DNA from: Myxococcales bacterium
GTDB taxonomy: Bacteria; Myxococcota_A; UBA9042
Length of the DNA stretch: 57,870 nucleotides
Direction of reading: 5' to 3'
Assembly (NCBI GenBank): GCA_037441385.1
Contig: JBBISH010000026.1
Location: forward strand, 1 to 57,870
Program-made: the position numbers and the translations under genes
In this document: positions 48,259-57,870 of the stretch, one piece after another
Layout of the letters: every line of letters begins with the position of its first letter
Numbering within the stretch: the first letter of the stretch is position 1
Notes under the pieces: model-generated
Seen by the model: the letters and a program-made list of their open reading frames with translations, nothing else
Databases searched by the model: none
What the model was told of the DNA's origin: nothing

Positions 48259-50117
48259 CCGGTCCCGCCGTGCCCGGTCGCGAAGCCGAACAGGACGACG
48301 GCGCGTTGCAAGCGCCAGCGCCCGACGGCGAAGCTTTGCCTGCAGACGTGGGGATGGAGCCGGGGCAGGGACTTGATCCTGATCCCGAACCTGCCCCGCG
48401 GGACGCGCGTCCCCACCCGAGCCCGAGCCAGACGCCACTCAAGCGCCCACCGCTGCTGGGCAATTTCGCGTTCTACAGCCTGCTGGTGGCCTTCATCGTC
48501 TTGGGGCTATGGCCGGTTTGGTGCACCGATCTCTTGCCGGTGGTCGACAACCAGTCGCACATGCATCTGATCAAGTTGATGCACGACTGGAACGGCAGCC
48601 CGTTGTTCCAGAAGTACTACGTCAAAGTCGACGCGATCGTGCCCTACTTGTCGTACTACAAGGCCGTGCACTGGATGGCGTACTTTGGCTCCGTCGAGTG
48701 GGCCAACCGGGTCGTGCTGTCGATCTGTTTGGCTTTGCTGCCGATCTCTGCCCTTACCCTGATCCGCGCGGCCGGCCACAGCCGCTGGCTGGTCTTGGGC
48801 GTATTACCGTGGATGCTGAACGCCGACTTCGTCATGGGGTTCTTCAACTTCTTGATGTCGATCCCGGTGTTCCTGTTTCTGCTGGCCGCGCATCTGCGCC
48901 TGTTGCAGCGGCCCAGGTGGGGACGCGCCGCGGTGGTGGCGCTTCTGCTGATGTTCATGGCGATCACGCACTACCTGCTGTGGGCGGTGTCGCTGGCGCT
49001 TTTGCCGACCTTGGCTCTGCTGTTTGGCGCTCGCCATGGTTGGCGCCGGGCGCTGTGGTGGCCGCTGCGCGAGCTGGTGCTGGGCTTGCCGAGCATCGGC
49101 CTGCTGATGCCGTGGTTTCTGTCGTATTTCGTGTTTGCAGAGAGCGTGATCACGCCGGACCAGGTGGGCAATACCGCCAAGGGTCCGCTGTGGGAGCGCC
49201 TGCAGCACGTCTACGCCGGCGATCACTTGGGTCCAGTCGACAACTTGCGGCAATTCTTGGACAGCATGTTCGACCGGATCAGCCCGATGGCGGCCCCGGC
49301 CAACCTGCTCGCGCGACCGGGACAGCTGGTCGACACGCTTTGGCTGGCGGGCATGCTTTTGTGGGTGCTGGCGGCGGCCCGCGAGCCCCTGGCCCAGCGC
49401 CTGCGGCCGCAACCCCAGGGTAGGGCGATCGCGGTGCCTGGGAGTTCCTATACCGGCTGGGTCTTTGTGCTGGTTACCATCGCCTATTTTGTGCTGCCGC
49501 GGCACCTGATCAAGCCGATCTGGCTGTGGGGCGTGAACTTTCGCCTGGTCGAGGTGATCGGCGTCCTGGCCGTGTGCGCTCTGCCGCTGCATCCGCTGGC
49601 GCCACAAAAAGCTGTGCGGGGCAGGGTCCTGGCCGGGACGTTGGCCTTGCTGGCGGCGGCCATTGCGATGCCCGTGCTGACCGCGGGGCAATTTGCGTTG
49701 GCGCGAACCGAGTATGGCAGCATCCGCGAGGCGATGGCCTCCATCCCGTCTGGCAAGAAAGTGCTGGTATTGCGCAAGAAATTCGACAGCCGCTTTGTGC
49801 GCGCCACCCTCTTCAACGGCATCACCGAGTGGTACACCGTGCTGCGCGGCGGCTACGTCCCTTACTCGTTTGCGGACACGTCTAGCAAGCCCTTCGTGGC
49901 GAACAAGAAGACGCAACTGCCTGCGCCGCCGTGGGATTACCACGACGCGTTTTCGTGGCAACAACACGGCAAGTACTACGACTACATCGCACTGTTCAAC
50001 GAGCCGGGTTCGCCGCGGGCTGCGTACGAGAGCGAGTTGCCCCTGGACCTGGTGCGGGTGTATCAGCACGACATGTGGCGCGTGTACAAGAACCCCAACC
50101 CGCAGCCGTATCCGTGA
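48255..50117 (+). CDS. Multi-pass membrane protein, putative GT-C glycosyltransferase
   Basis: PVVDNQSH after first TM, MGFFNF, 10 or more TM segments and a soluble C-terminal domain; start overlaps DHOD-like stop. Confidence 0.6.
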   Translation: MTGPAVPGREAEQDDGALQAPAPDGEALPADVGMEPGQGLDPDPEPAPRDARPHPSPSQTPLKRPPLLGNFAFYSLLVAFIVLGLWPVWCTDLLPVVDNQSHMHLIKLMHDWNGSPLFQKYYVKVDAIVPYLSYYKAVHWMAYFGSVEWANRVVLSICLALLPISALTLIRAAGHSRWLVLGVLPWMLNADFVMGFFNFLMSIPVFLFLLAAHLRLLQRPRWGRAAVVALLLMFMAITHYLLWAVSLALLPTLALLFGARHGWRRALWWPLRELVLGLPSIGLLMPWFLSYFVFAESVITPDQVGNTAKGPLWERLQHVYAGDHLGPVDNLRQFLDSMFDRISPMAAPANLLARPGQLVDTLWLAGMLLWVLAAAREPLAQRLRPQPQGRAIAVPGSSYTGWVFVLVTIAYFVLPRHLIKPIWLWGVNFRLVEVIGVLAVCALPLHPLAPQKAVRGRVLAGTLALLAAAIAMPVLTAGQFALARTEYGSIREAMASIPSGKKVLVLRKKFDSRFVRATLFNGITEWYTVLRGGYVPYSFADTSSKPFVANKKTQLPAPPWDYHDAFSWQQHGKYYDYIALFNEPGSPRAAYESELPLDLVRVYQHDMWRVYKNPNPQPYP

Positions 50118-50118
50118 C

Positions 50119-50565
50119 ATGCGGACCACGACCCGCTGGCCCATGGCCGCCCGCATTCCGCTTGCCTGGCAGATGGCGAGCCTGCTGCTGCCGCTTGGCG
50201 TGGCCGTGGGGTTGGGCTGGCGCCTGGCCGCGGTGCCGGCGCCCAAGCCGCTGAACGCGCAAACGGTGGGTAACGACACGCGGTTTGGCCTGTCGCTAGA
50301 CGAGCGCAAGGCCATCTACGCCGACATCGCGGGTCACGACAAAGAGTGGCGCGAGCTGGCTGCGCGGTTCGAGGACGCCTGGTCGCAGCACGACGACTAC
50401 CACATCCACGTATCGCGGCACATCCAGAGCGTGGCGGCCGGGCGCAAGCTGCCGCTGCAGGCGGTATTTCTGATTTATGACGAAGGGTTGCGTCGTCACT
50501 GGCCTGACTCGAAGGGCGTTTGGCTAGAAGCGACCTGGGTGCCGCTGCGGCCGCGCACGCACTGA
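50119..50565 (+). CDS. Hypothetical single-TM protein
   Basis: ATG 1 nt after previous stop; TM then FGLSLDERKAIY helical domain. Confidence 0.65.
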   Translation: MRTTTRWPMAARIPLAWQMASLLLPLGVAVGLGWRLAAVPAPKPLNAQTVGNDTRFGLSLDERKAIYADIAGHDKEWRELAARFEDAWSQHDDYHIHVSRHIQSVAAGRKLPLQAVFLIYDEGLRRHWPDSKGVWLEATWVPLRPRTH

Positions 50566-50655
50566 GGCCAGCGGCGCCACCATCGGACCGAATTTTCACG
50601 ACTGTGCAAGAGGTTTGCCCTGCCGAATCGCGACCGCCCCCAACCGCCGCCCCAT

Positions 50656-52461
50656 GTGGCCGACCTGCCGGTCTGGTTGCAGTGGCCCACGCTGGCGCTG
50701 CGGCTGATGGGGCCGCGCTGGGCGCTGTGGTTGGCGATCTCGGTGTGGTTCCTGTGGCCGCTGGTGAAGAACCCGTATCAGATCGGCACGATGCACGATG
50801 CCGCCTACTTCCTGCACCACGCGGAGGCGGCCTACCGGTCTTGGCACGACTACGGGCAGTTGCCCGTCTGGAATCCCTATTTCTGTGGTGGAATTCCAGG
50901 TTTGGGGAATCTGCAAGAGAGTTCGGTCTCGCCATCGGTCCTGCTCCAACTCTTGCTGGGGCTGATGCCGGGCATCACCGCCGCGTTGGTCCTGTGGTTT
51001 GCGGCGGGGCTGGAGGGCGCCTGGCTGTACGCGCGCAAGTGGGGCGCTACCCACACCTCGGCGCTGCTGGCCGCGGTGGCGTTTGCGTTGTCGGGCCGCT
51101 TTGTGGCGATGTTCGCGGATGGGCAGCCGGCCTTTGTCGGATTTCAGCTGACGCCGTGGGTGCTGCTGGGCTTCGAGCTGGGGATTCGCCATCGCTGGGC
51201 GGCGGTGGGCGGCGGGGTGGCGATGGCCCTCATCTTTTTGGAAGGAGGGGCCGTAGCGACGCCGCTGTTGGGCGTGCTCATGCTGTGGCTGGTGCCGGTG
51301 CATACGGGCGCGCAGGTGCTGAGCAACTGGCGGACCGCCCACAAGCCGCTGGTCTCTCTGGTGATCATCGGCGTCGTGGCGGTGCTGCTCTCGGCCATGC
51401 GCATCCTTCCGGTGGTGGAATCGCTGGCGCGGTGGCCGCGCGAATGGCACTCCGAGGGCGCGATCAGCTTCCCGATGCTGTGGGAGATGCTGATGGTCAA
51501 GTCAGACGAGGGCGGCTATGCCGGGCCCGGTACGGCCTATGTTGGGATTCCGCTGTTGGTTTTGGGTGGATGGGCAGTGGTGCGCCGGCCGACCAAGGGC
51601 GTGCCGCTGCTGCTGTTTGCGCTGATTGCGCTGGCGCTCGGCATGGGCGACCAGCGGCCGTGGGCGCCGTGGACCCTGACTACCAAGCTGCCGGTATTGA
51701 AGAATCTGCGCTGTTCGTTCCGGATGACCTTCTTTGTCGCGTTGTTCCTGGGCACGGCGGCGTCGGTGGCGCTGGGGGCGCTGCAGCGCGACCTGCGGAC
51801 CCTTGGGGCGAAATTGCTGCGGGCCGGCGAGGGGATGGACTGGCGGCGCGGTCTGGCCTGGGGCCTGGCGGGCACGCTGGCGACCGTGGCGGCGCTGGCC
51901 TTTGCCCAGGGACCGGCGCGCTTCAACCGGTCGCGGATGCTCGATACGGGGTGGGAGGACGCGCCGCGGCCGGCGGAGCTGCCCTTTGCGCAGTCCTTGG
52001 GTAACCGCTGGGAGGCGCAGATGTGGCCGGCGTCCGGGCTGGGCAGCATCGGCTGCTTCGAGGAGCAGCCATACCCCACGTCGCCCCTGCTTCGCGGCGA
52101 TTTGGCGGCCGAAGAGTATCTGGTCGAAGAAGATGTGGGACATGTTCTGCGCCGCAGTTGGTCGCCGCACCACATCGAGCTGCAGGTGGACCTGACCAAG
52201 CCGGCGACATTGCGGGTCAATCAGAACTTCCATCGCGGCTGGCGGGCGTCGCGCGGGCGGGTGTTCAGCGATCAAGGGCTGTTGGCGATCTCGCTTCCCG
52301 CCGGGCACTACCGGCTGGACGTGGAGCACCGCGATCCGCTGGTGTGGTTGGGTGTCGCGGTTTCTTTGGCGACCTTGCTGGCGCTGCTGGGCCTGGGAGG
52401 CCGCCACGCGCTGTTGGTGTCGCAGCAAAGGCGCCGAGAGCTTGACGAAAATTTGCCTTGA
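50656..52461 (+). CDS. YfhO-like GT-C membrane protein
   Basis: PVWNPYFCGGIP motif, many TM segments, C-terminal VNQNFHRGW..LPAGHY domain then a final TM. Confidence 0.7.
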   Translation: MADLPVWLQWPTLALRLMGPRWALWLAISVWFLWPLVKNPYQIGTMHDAAYFLHHAEAAYRSWHDYGQLPVWNPYFCGGIPGLGNLQESSVSPSVLLQLLLGLMPGITAALVLWFAAGLEGAWLYARKWGATHTSALLAAVAFALSGRFVAMFADGQPAFVGFQLTPWVLLGFELGIRHRWAAVGGGVAMALIFLEGGAVATPLLGVLMLWLVPVHTGAQVLSNWRTAHKPLVSLVIIGVVAVLLSAMRILPVVESLARWPREWHSEGAISFPMLWEMLMVKSDEGGYAGPGTAYVGIPLLVLGGWAVVRRPTKGVPLLLFALIALALGMGDQRPWAPWTLTTKLPVLKNLRCSFRMTFFVALFLGTAASVALGALQRDLRTLGAKLLRAGEGMDWRRGLAWGLAGTLATVAALAFAQGPARFNRSRMLDTGWEDAPRPAELPFAQSLGNRWEAQMWPASGLGSIGCFEEQPYPTSPLLRGDLAAEEYLVEEDVGHVLRRSWSPHHIELQVDLTKPATLRVNQNFHRGWRASRGRVFSDQGLLAISLPAGHYRLDVEHRDPLVWLGVAVSLATLLALLGLGGRHALLVSQQRRRELDENLP

Positions 52462-52554
52462 GCGTAGGTTACCGCGCCCGACGGCAGACCGGGGGGCGCC
52501 GGAAGTCCCGGCGACGACGCCCACAAGACTGCGATTCGAGGGTCGAGAGGAATC

Positions 52555-55014
<2,460 letters not shown>

Positions 55015-55031
55015 ATTCCTTCTGGGTTCGT

Positions 55032-55083
55032 GCGGGCGCCCGCCCCGGTGGTTTCGGCTGCCGGTGCGGGCGCTTGCCTTTTT
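55032..55083 (+). terminator. Probable intrinsic terminator after hppA
   Basis: gcgcccgc-c-ccggtggt TTCG gctgccgg-t-gcgggcgc stem (with G-U pairs) followed by ccttttt. Confidence 0.6.
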
Positions 55084-55143
55084 GGGAGCCGGCAGTCGGG
55101 GAGCCGGCAGTCGCTGTCGCCTGTCGCGCTGTCGCGCTGTCGC
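55084..55143 (+). repeat. Short tandem repeats upstream of REP-like site
   Basis: gggagccggcagtcg x2, then ctgtcgc x4. Confidence 0.75.
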
Positions 55144-55164
55144 AATGTCGGATATTTTCTGAAC
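55139..55164 (+). repeat. REP-like palindrome 1
   Basis: gtcgc AATGTC g GATATT ttctgaac. Confidence 0.75.
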
Positions 55165-55214
55165 CGGTCGGCCGACGGTCGGGGGCCGCGGTCCGCAGTC
55201 GCAGCAGCGTCGCG

Positions 55215-55240
55215 GTCGCAATGTCGGACATTTTCTGAAC
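55215..55240 (+). repeat. REP-like palindrome 2
   Basis: gtcgc AATGTC g GACATT ttctgaac; 25 of 26 nt identical to palindrome 1. Confidence 0.78.
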
Positions 55241-55485
55241 TGGCGTTCCCGGCCTCCGGCCTCCAACCCATGATCACGGCAGTTTGCCCGTTACGGCGTG
55301 CCCCGGCTGGAAGTGGTTGCTTGGTATGGGCTGAAAGTATTGGAAAAGTCCGAAGAGTCACCGGGGCTGTCAGGAATTCTTCGCGGCAGGGGCACCTTTT
55401 TCTGCCCTGAGCCGCGGCATTTTGCTGGCTCGCGTCGATCACCCCTGTACCGGCCGCAGTTTCTCGGCCGCGTCGGGAGATCGCC

Positions 55486-56499
55486 ATGGTGCTGCGCCGC
55501 TACGACCCGAACCTGCTCTATATGGTGACCATGGTCACCGTCGACCGTCGATGGAGCCTCGCAACCGAAGATGTTGAGTTTCAAACCGAAATCGTAGGGG
55601 CCCTGGCCGCGGCGCAACTGAGGACCGGGGCCCGCATCTACGGATTCACGTTCATGTCCAACCACTACCACGGCCTCTTTGGTGCCGATTCGCCCGAGCA
55701 AATGCAGAATTTCCTAAGGCACTTCCACGCCGGCACGGCCCGCCTGGTCAACCGGCGCTTTGCCAGGCGCGGCCCCATGTGGCATCCGCGAGCAGACGTC
55801 ATGCCGGTGCTCCTTGGGGAAGCGAGTGAACTCGATGCCATGCGGTATATCCTTGGCCAGGCGCCGAAGGCGGGGGCGGCCGCGCACCCACTGCACTGGA
55901 CCGGGGCCTCGAGCACGGCAGCGCTACTTGGCTTCGCGCAACCTGTCGGTCGTCGCTTTGACCAGACAGCGTGGACCTTGGCTTCGCGCAATGGCAAAGA
56001 CCCCGGCCCGGCTGCCGACTTCACGACCGAACTCGGGGTCGCGTTGACGGCACTGCCGTGCCTCGCGCACCTTGATGAACCCGCGCGCCAGAGGCTGTTC
56101 CGCGAGATGGCCGACGCCGAGGCGGCAAGGTACGGTGCCGCGGCGCCTATTTCAGAAAATGACCGTCATTGCACCGATGCGCCCGCTGGCAGCGCGCAAC
56201 TAAGCATAATTCCAGTTCCTGACGACCAGGGCGCGGCATGGGACGGCCTCCGCAGGTCACCCGAACCGGAGCGGAAACCCCGACGCCTGTGCATCGCCCC
56301 CACTCCGGAGGCCGAGGCCGAGTACCGCGCGGTGCTAGACGAGTTCCACGCGGCCTTCGCGGCGGCCCGGCTGGCGCTGCGGGCGGCGGAGGCGCTGGCG
56401 GCCAAGGGTCTGCCGGCCGAGTTCGCGCCGTTTCCGGCGTTCGGCTTCCCGCCCCGGCTGCGGGCCGTACCCGGTTGGCCGGCCCCAGGTGCAGGCTAG
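55486..56499 (+). mobile_element. REP-associated tyrosine transposase (RAYT/TnpA-REP, HUH Y1 family)
   Basis: N-terminal YMVT.VT, HUH motif FMSNHYH, LVNRRFARRGPMW, catalytic Tyr in RYILGQAPKAG, W..SS; GGGAGA RBS; neighbouring palindromes. Confidence 0.82.
56151..56174 (-). repeat. REP-like palindrome 3, inverted, inside the transposase ORF
   Basis: Reverse complement gtgc AATGAC g GTCATT ttctgaa matches palindromes 1 and 2 with a compensatory stem change. Confidence 0.7.
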
Positions 56500-57653
56500 C
56501 GCCGCAGAATGCCCAGGTAGCCCAGCAGTTGCTCGGCGGCGTGCCGCACCAGGCGGGCGGGCGTCGGATCGGCCAACGCTTTGGCCACCTGGCTCGCTTC
56601 GTTCAGCGCGTCCAGGGCCTCCAGGGCGCGGTCGTCGGCCAGGTAGTAGGCGCCCATCGCTAGCGCGGCAACCAAGAAGGCGGTTGCATCGCTCTGGTCT
56701 TGCGCGGTCAACACGGCCTCTGCCATCAACTGGATGGCCTGGGCGGGCGTCTTGCCAGGGCACACATCGAACGGCAGCCCCAGCCACGGATCCGGCTGCT
56801 GGTCCTGCACGGGCGTGCGCGCGGCCGCAGCCACGCCACGGCGCGCGACATCCACCGCCTGCCGCACCCGACCCGCCAGCAGCGCCAGCGCCGCCCGGAT
56901 CGCGCACACGTTCGCCACCTCAACCCATGCAGATTCCTGGTCGCACAGTTCAATCGCGTCGTCCGCGGCCCGCTCCGCGCGCTCGTAGTGGCCCTCGCGC
57001 AACCACATCTGCAGCAGCAACGCCTGGCTCGCATACGCAACGAAGCTCAGCGCCGGGCGGCGCGGCAGCGGAACCCGGCCCAATTCAGCCAGTTCTACCC
57101 GCATCAGCGCCATGTCGCCCGTCGCCGCATGGTACGAGAGGCGCGCCAGCAACAACTCGCCCTGCAGCCACAGATCGTCGTCGGACAGGCGCTGCCCGCG
57201 CGCCGCCACCAGATCCTGCCAGTCCGCCTCGATCTGGCGCAGATCGCGATTCGCCTCGACCGGCGCCTTGTGGGCCAGCATCGGCAGACGCCCGGCCAGC
57301 ACCAGCAATTGCCCATAAACATCGCCCGATTCCGTGGCCCGGTTCAGCGCGTGCTCGGCCGTCGCCAGGCCCGGCGAGGTCTGGTGGGCCAGCAGCGCCG
57401 CGCGCGAGATCGCCGCCAACATCCGAATCTCGATCGAGTCGGGGCAGTGATCGCCAAGATCGACAATCACCTCGCGCACATACTTCAACCAGTGCGACCG
57501 CAGCCCCAGCGACGACGACAGCAGGGGCAGCTCGGCCAGGGCGTCCAAAGCAGCGGTCGCCGCAAGCGTTCCGTCCCCAGAAAGAACCTCGTCTTGCCGA
57601 CCGCCCAGCGCCGCTAACAGGCTGGCCGGGGCGACATAGGGCGACTCCGACAT
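56496..57653 (-). CDS. Hypothetical all-helical (TPR-like) protein
   Basis: Ala/Leu-rich helical repeats (GHYERAERAADDAIEL); convergent with the transposase, stops overlapping in CTAG. Confidence 0.65.
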   Translation of the reverse strand: MSESPYVAPASLLAALGGRQDEVLSGDGTLAATAALDALAELPLLSSSLGLRSHWLKYVREVIVDLGDHCPDSIEIRMLAAISRAALLAHQTSPGLATAEHALNRATESGDVYGQLLVLAGRLPMLAHKAPVEANRDLRQIEADWQDLVAARGQRLSDDDLWLQGELLLARLSYHAATGDMALMRVELAELGRVPLPRRPALSFVAYASQALLLQMWLREGHYERAERAADDAIELCDQESAWVEVANVCAIRAALALLAGRVRQAVDVARRGVAAAARTPVQDQQPDPWLGLPFDVCPGKTPAQAIQLMAEAVLTAQDQSDATAFLVAALAMGAYYLADDRALEALDALNEASQVAKALADPTPARLVRHAAEQLLGYLGILRR

Positions 57654-57870
57654 GCCCAACCTGCTCACGTCCGCGGCCCCATGCCGCACTCGCACCAGAT
57701 AGTGGCACAGTTGCGGCCCGCACGCGAGTGGGCGTCCACCCCGGGGCGCGGTTCCGAAAACCGGGTCAAGCCGCCATGATTTCCCGAGTGCGCCGCTCCC
57801 AGCGGCCGTTGAATAAGTCGGCTCGCAGCCTCGCCATTTGTGCCGCGCCGGCGATCGACCAGCGCATCCC

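Noticed and set aside
55139..55240. Two 26-bp direct repeats with a 50-bp spacer as a mini CRISPR array
   Set aside because: Only two direct copies, a third inverted copy, no cas genes, and an adjacent RAYT explains them better.
57700..57720. TGGCAC..TTGC sigma-54-like promoter
   Set aside because: Spacing between the -24 and -12 elements is 2 nt rather than the required 5.

Overview
High-GC bacterial chromosomal segment. Gene content (Hanks-type Ser/Thr kinases, TPR and IPT/TIG lipoproteins, FadI/FadJ, myxobacterial-style ccm genes) suggests Myxococcota/deltaproteobacteria; this is inference, no marker gene is present. About 41 plausible CDSs, including acs, a tandem two-domain PilT-family ATPase, a GH92 mannosidase, tpx, an NCS1 permease, a partial ccm operon (ccmABC, ccmD-like, ccmI-like) headed by a Ser/Thr kinase, selD (Cys form), fadI-fadJ, a tetraheme cytochrome fused to a UshA-like CGC domain, an RdgB-RsmB fusion, era-der-recN followed by a lone MukF/JetA-like protein, a DHOD-like flavoprotein, two GT-C-like membrane proteins, a K+-independent hppA and a RAYT-type HUH transposase. 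Non-coding structure read from the sequence: (i) four copies of a ~135-bp indel-free double-hairpin repeat with compensatory base changes, in both orientations, one in-frame at the 5' end of a ccm-operon ORF; (ii) three REP-like palindromes around and inside the RAYT gene, also with covariation; (iii) two CTAG-bounded mini inverted-repeat elements. No rRNA, tRNA or CRISPR array was recognised. Family calls come from motif recognition by eye, not database searches. Many starts were trimmed from the ORF track to the likeliest start codon.
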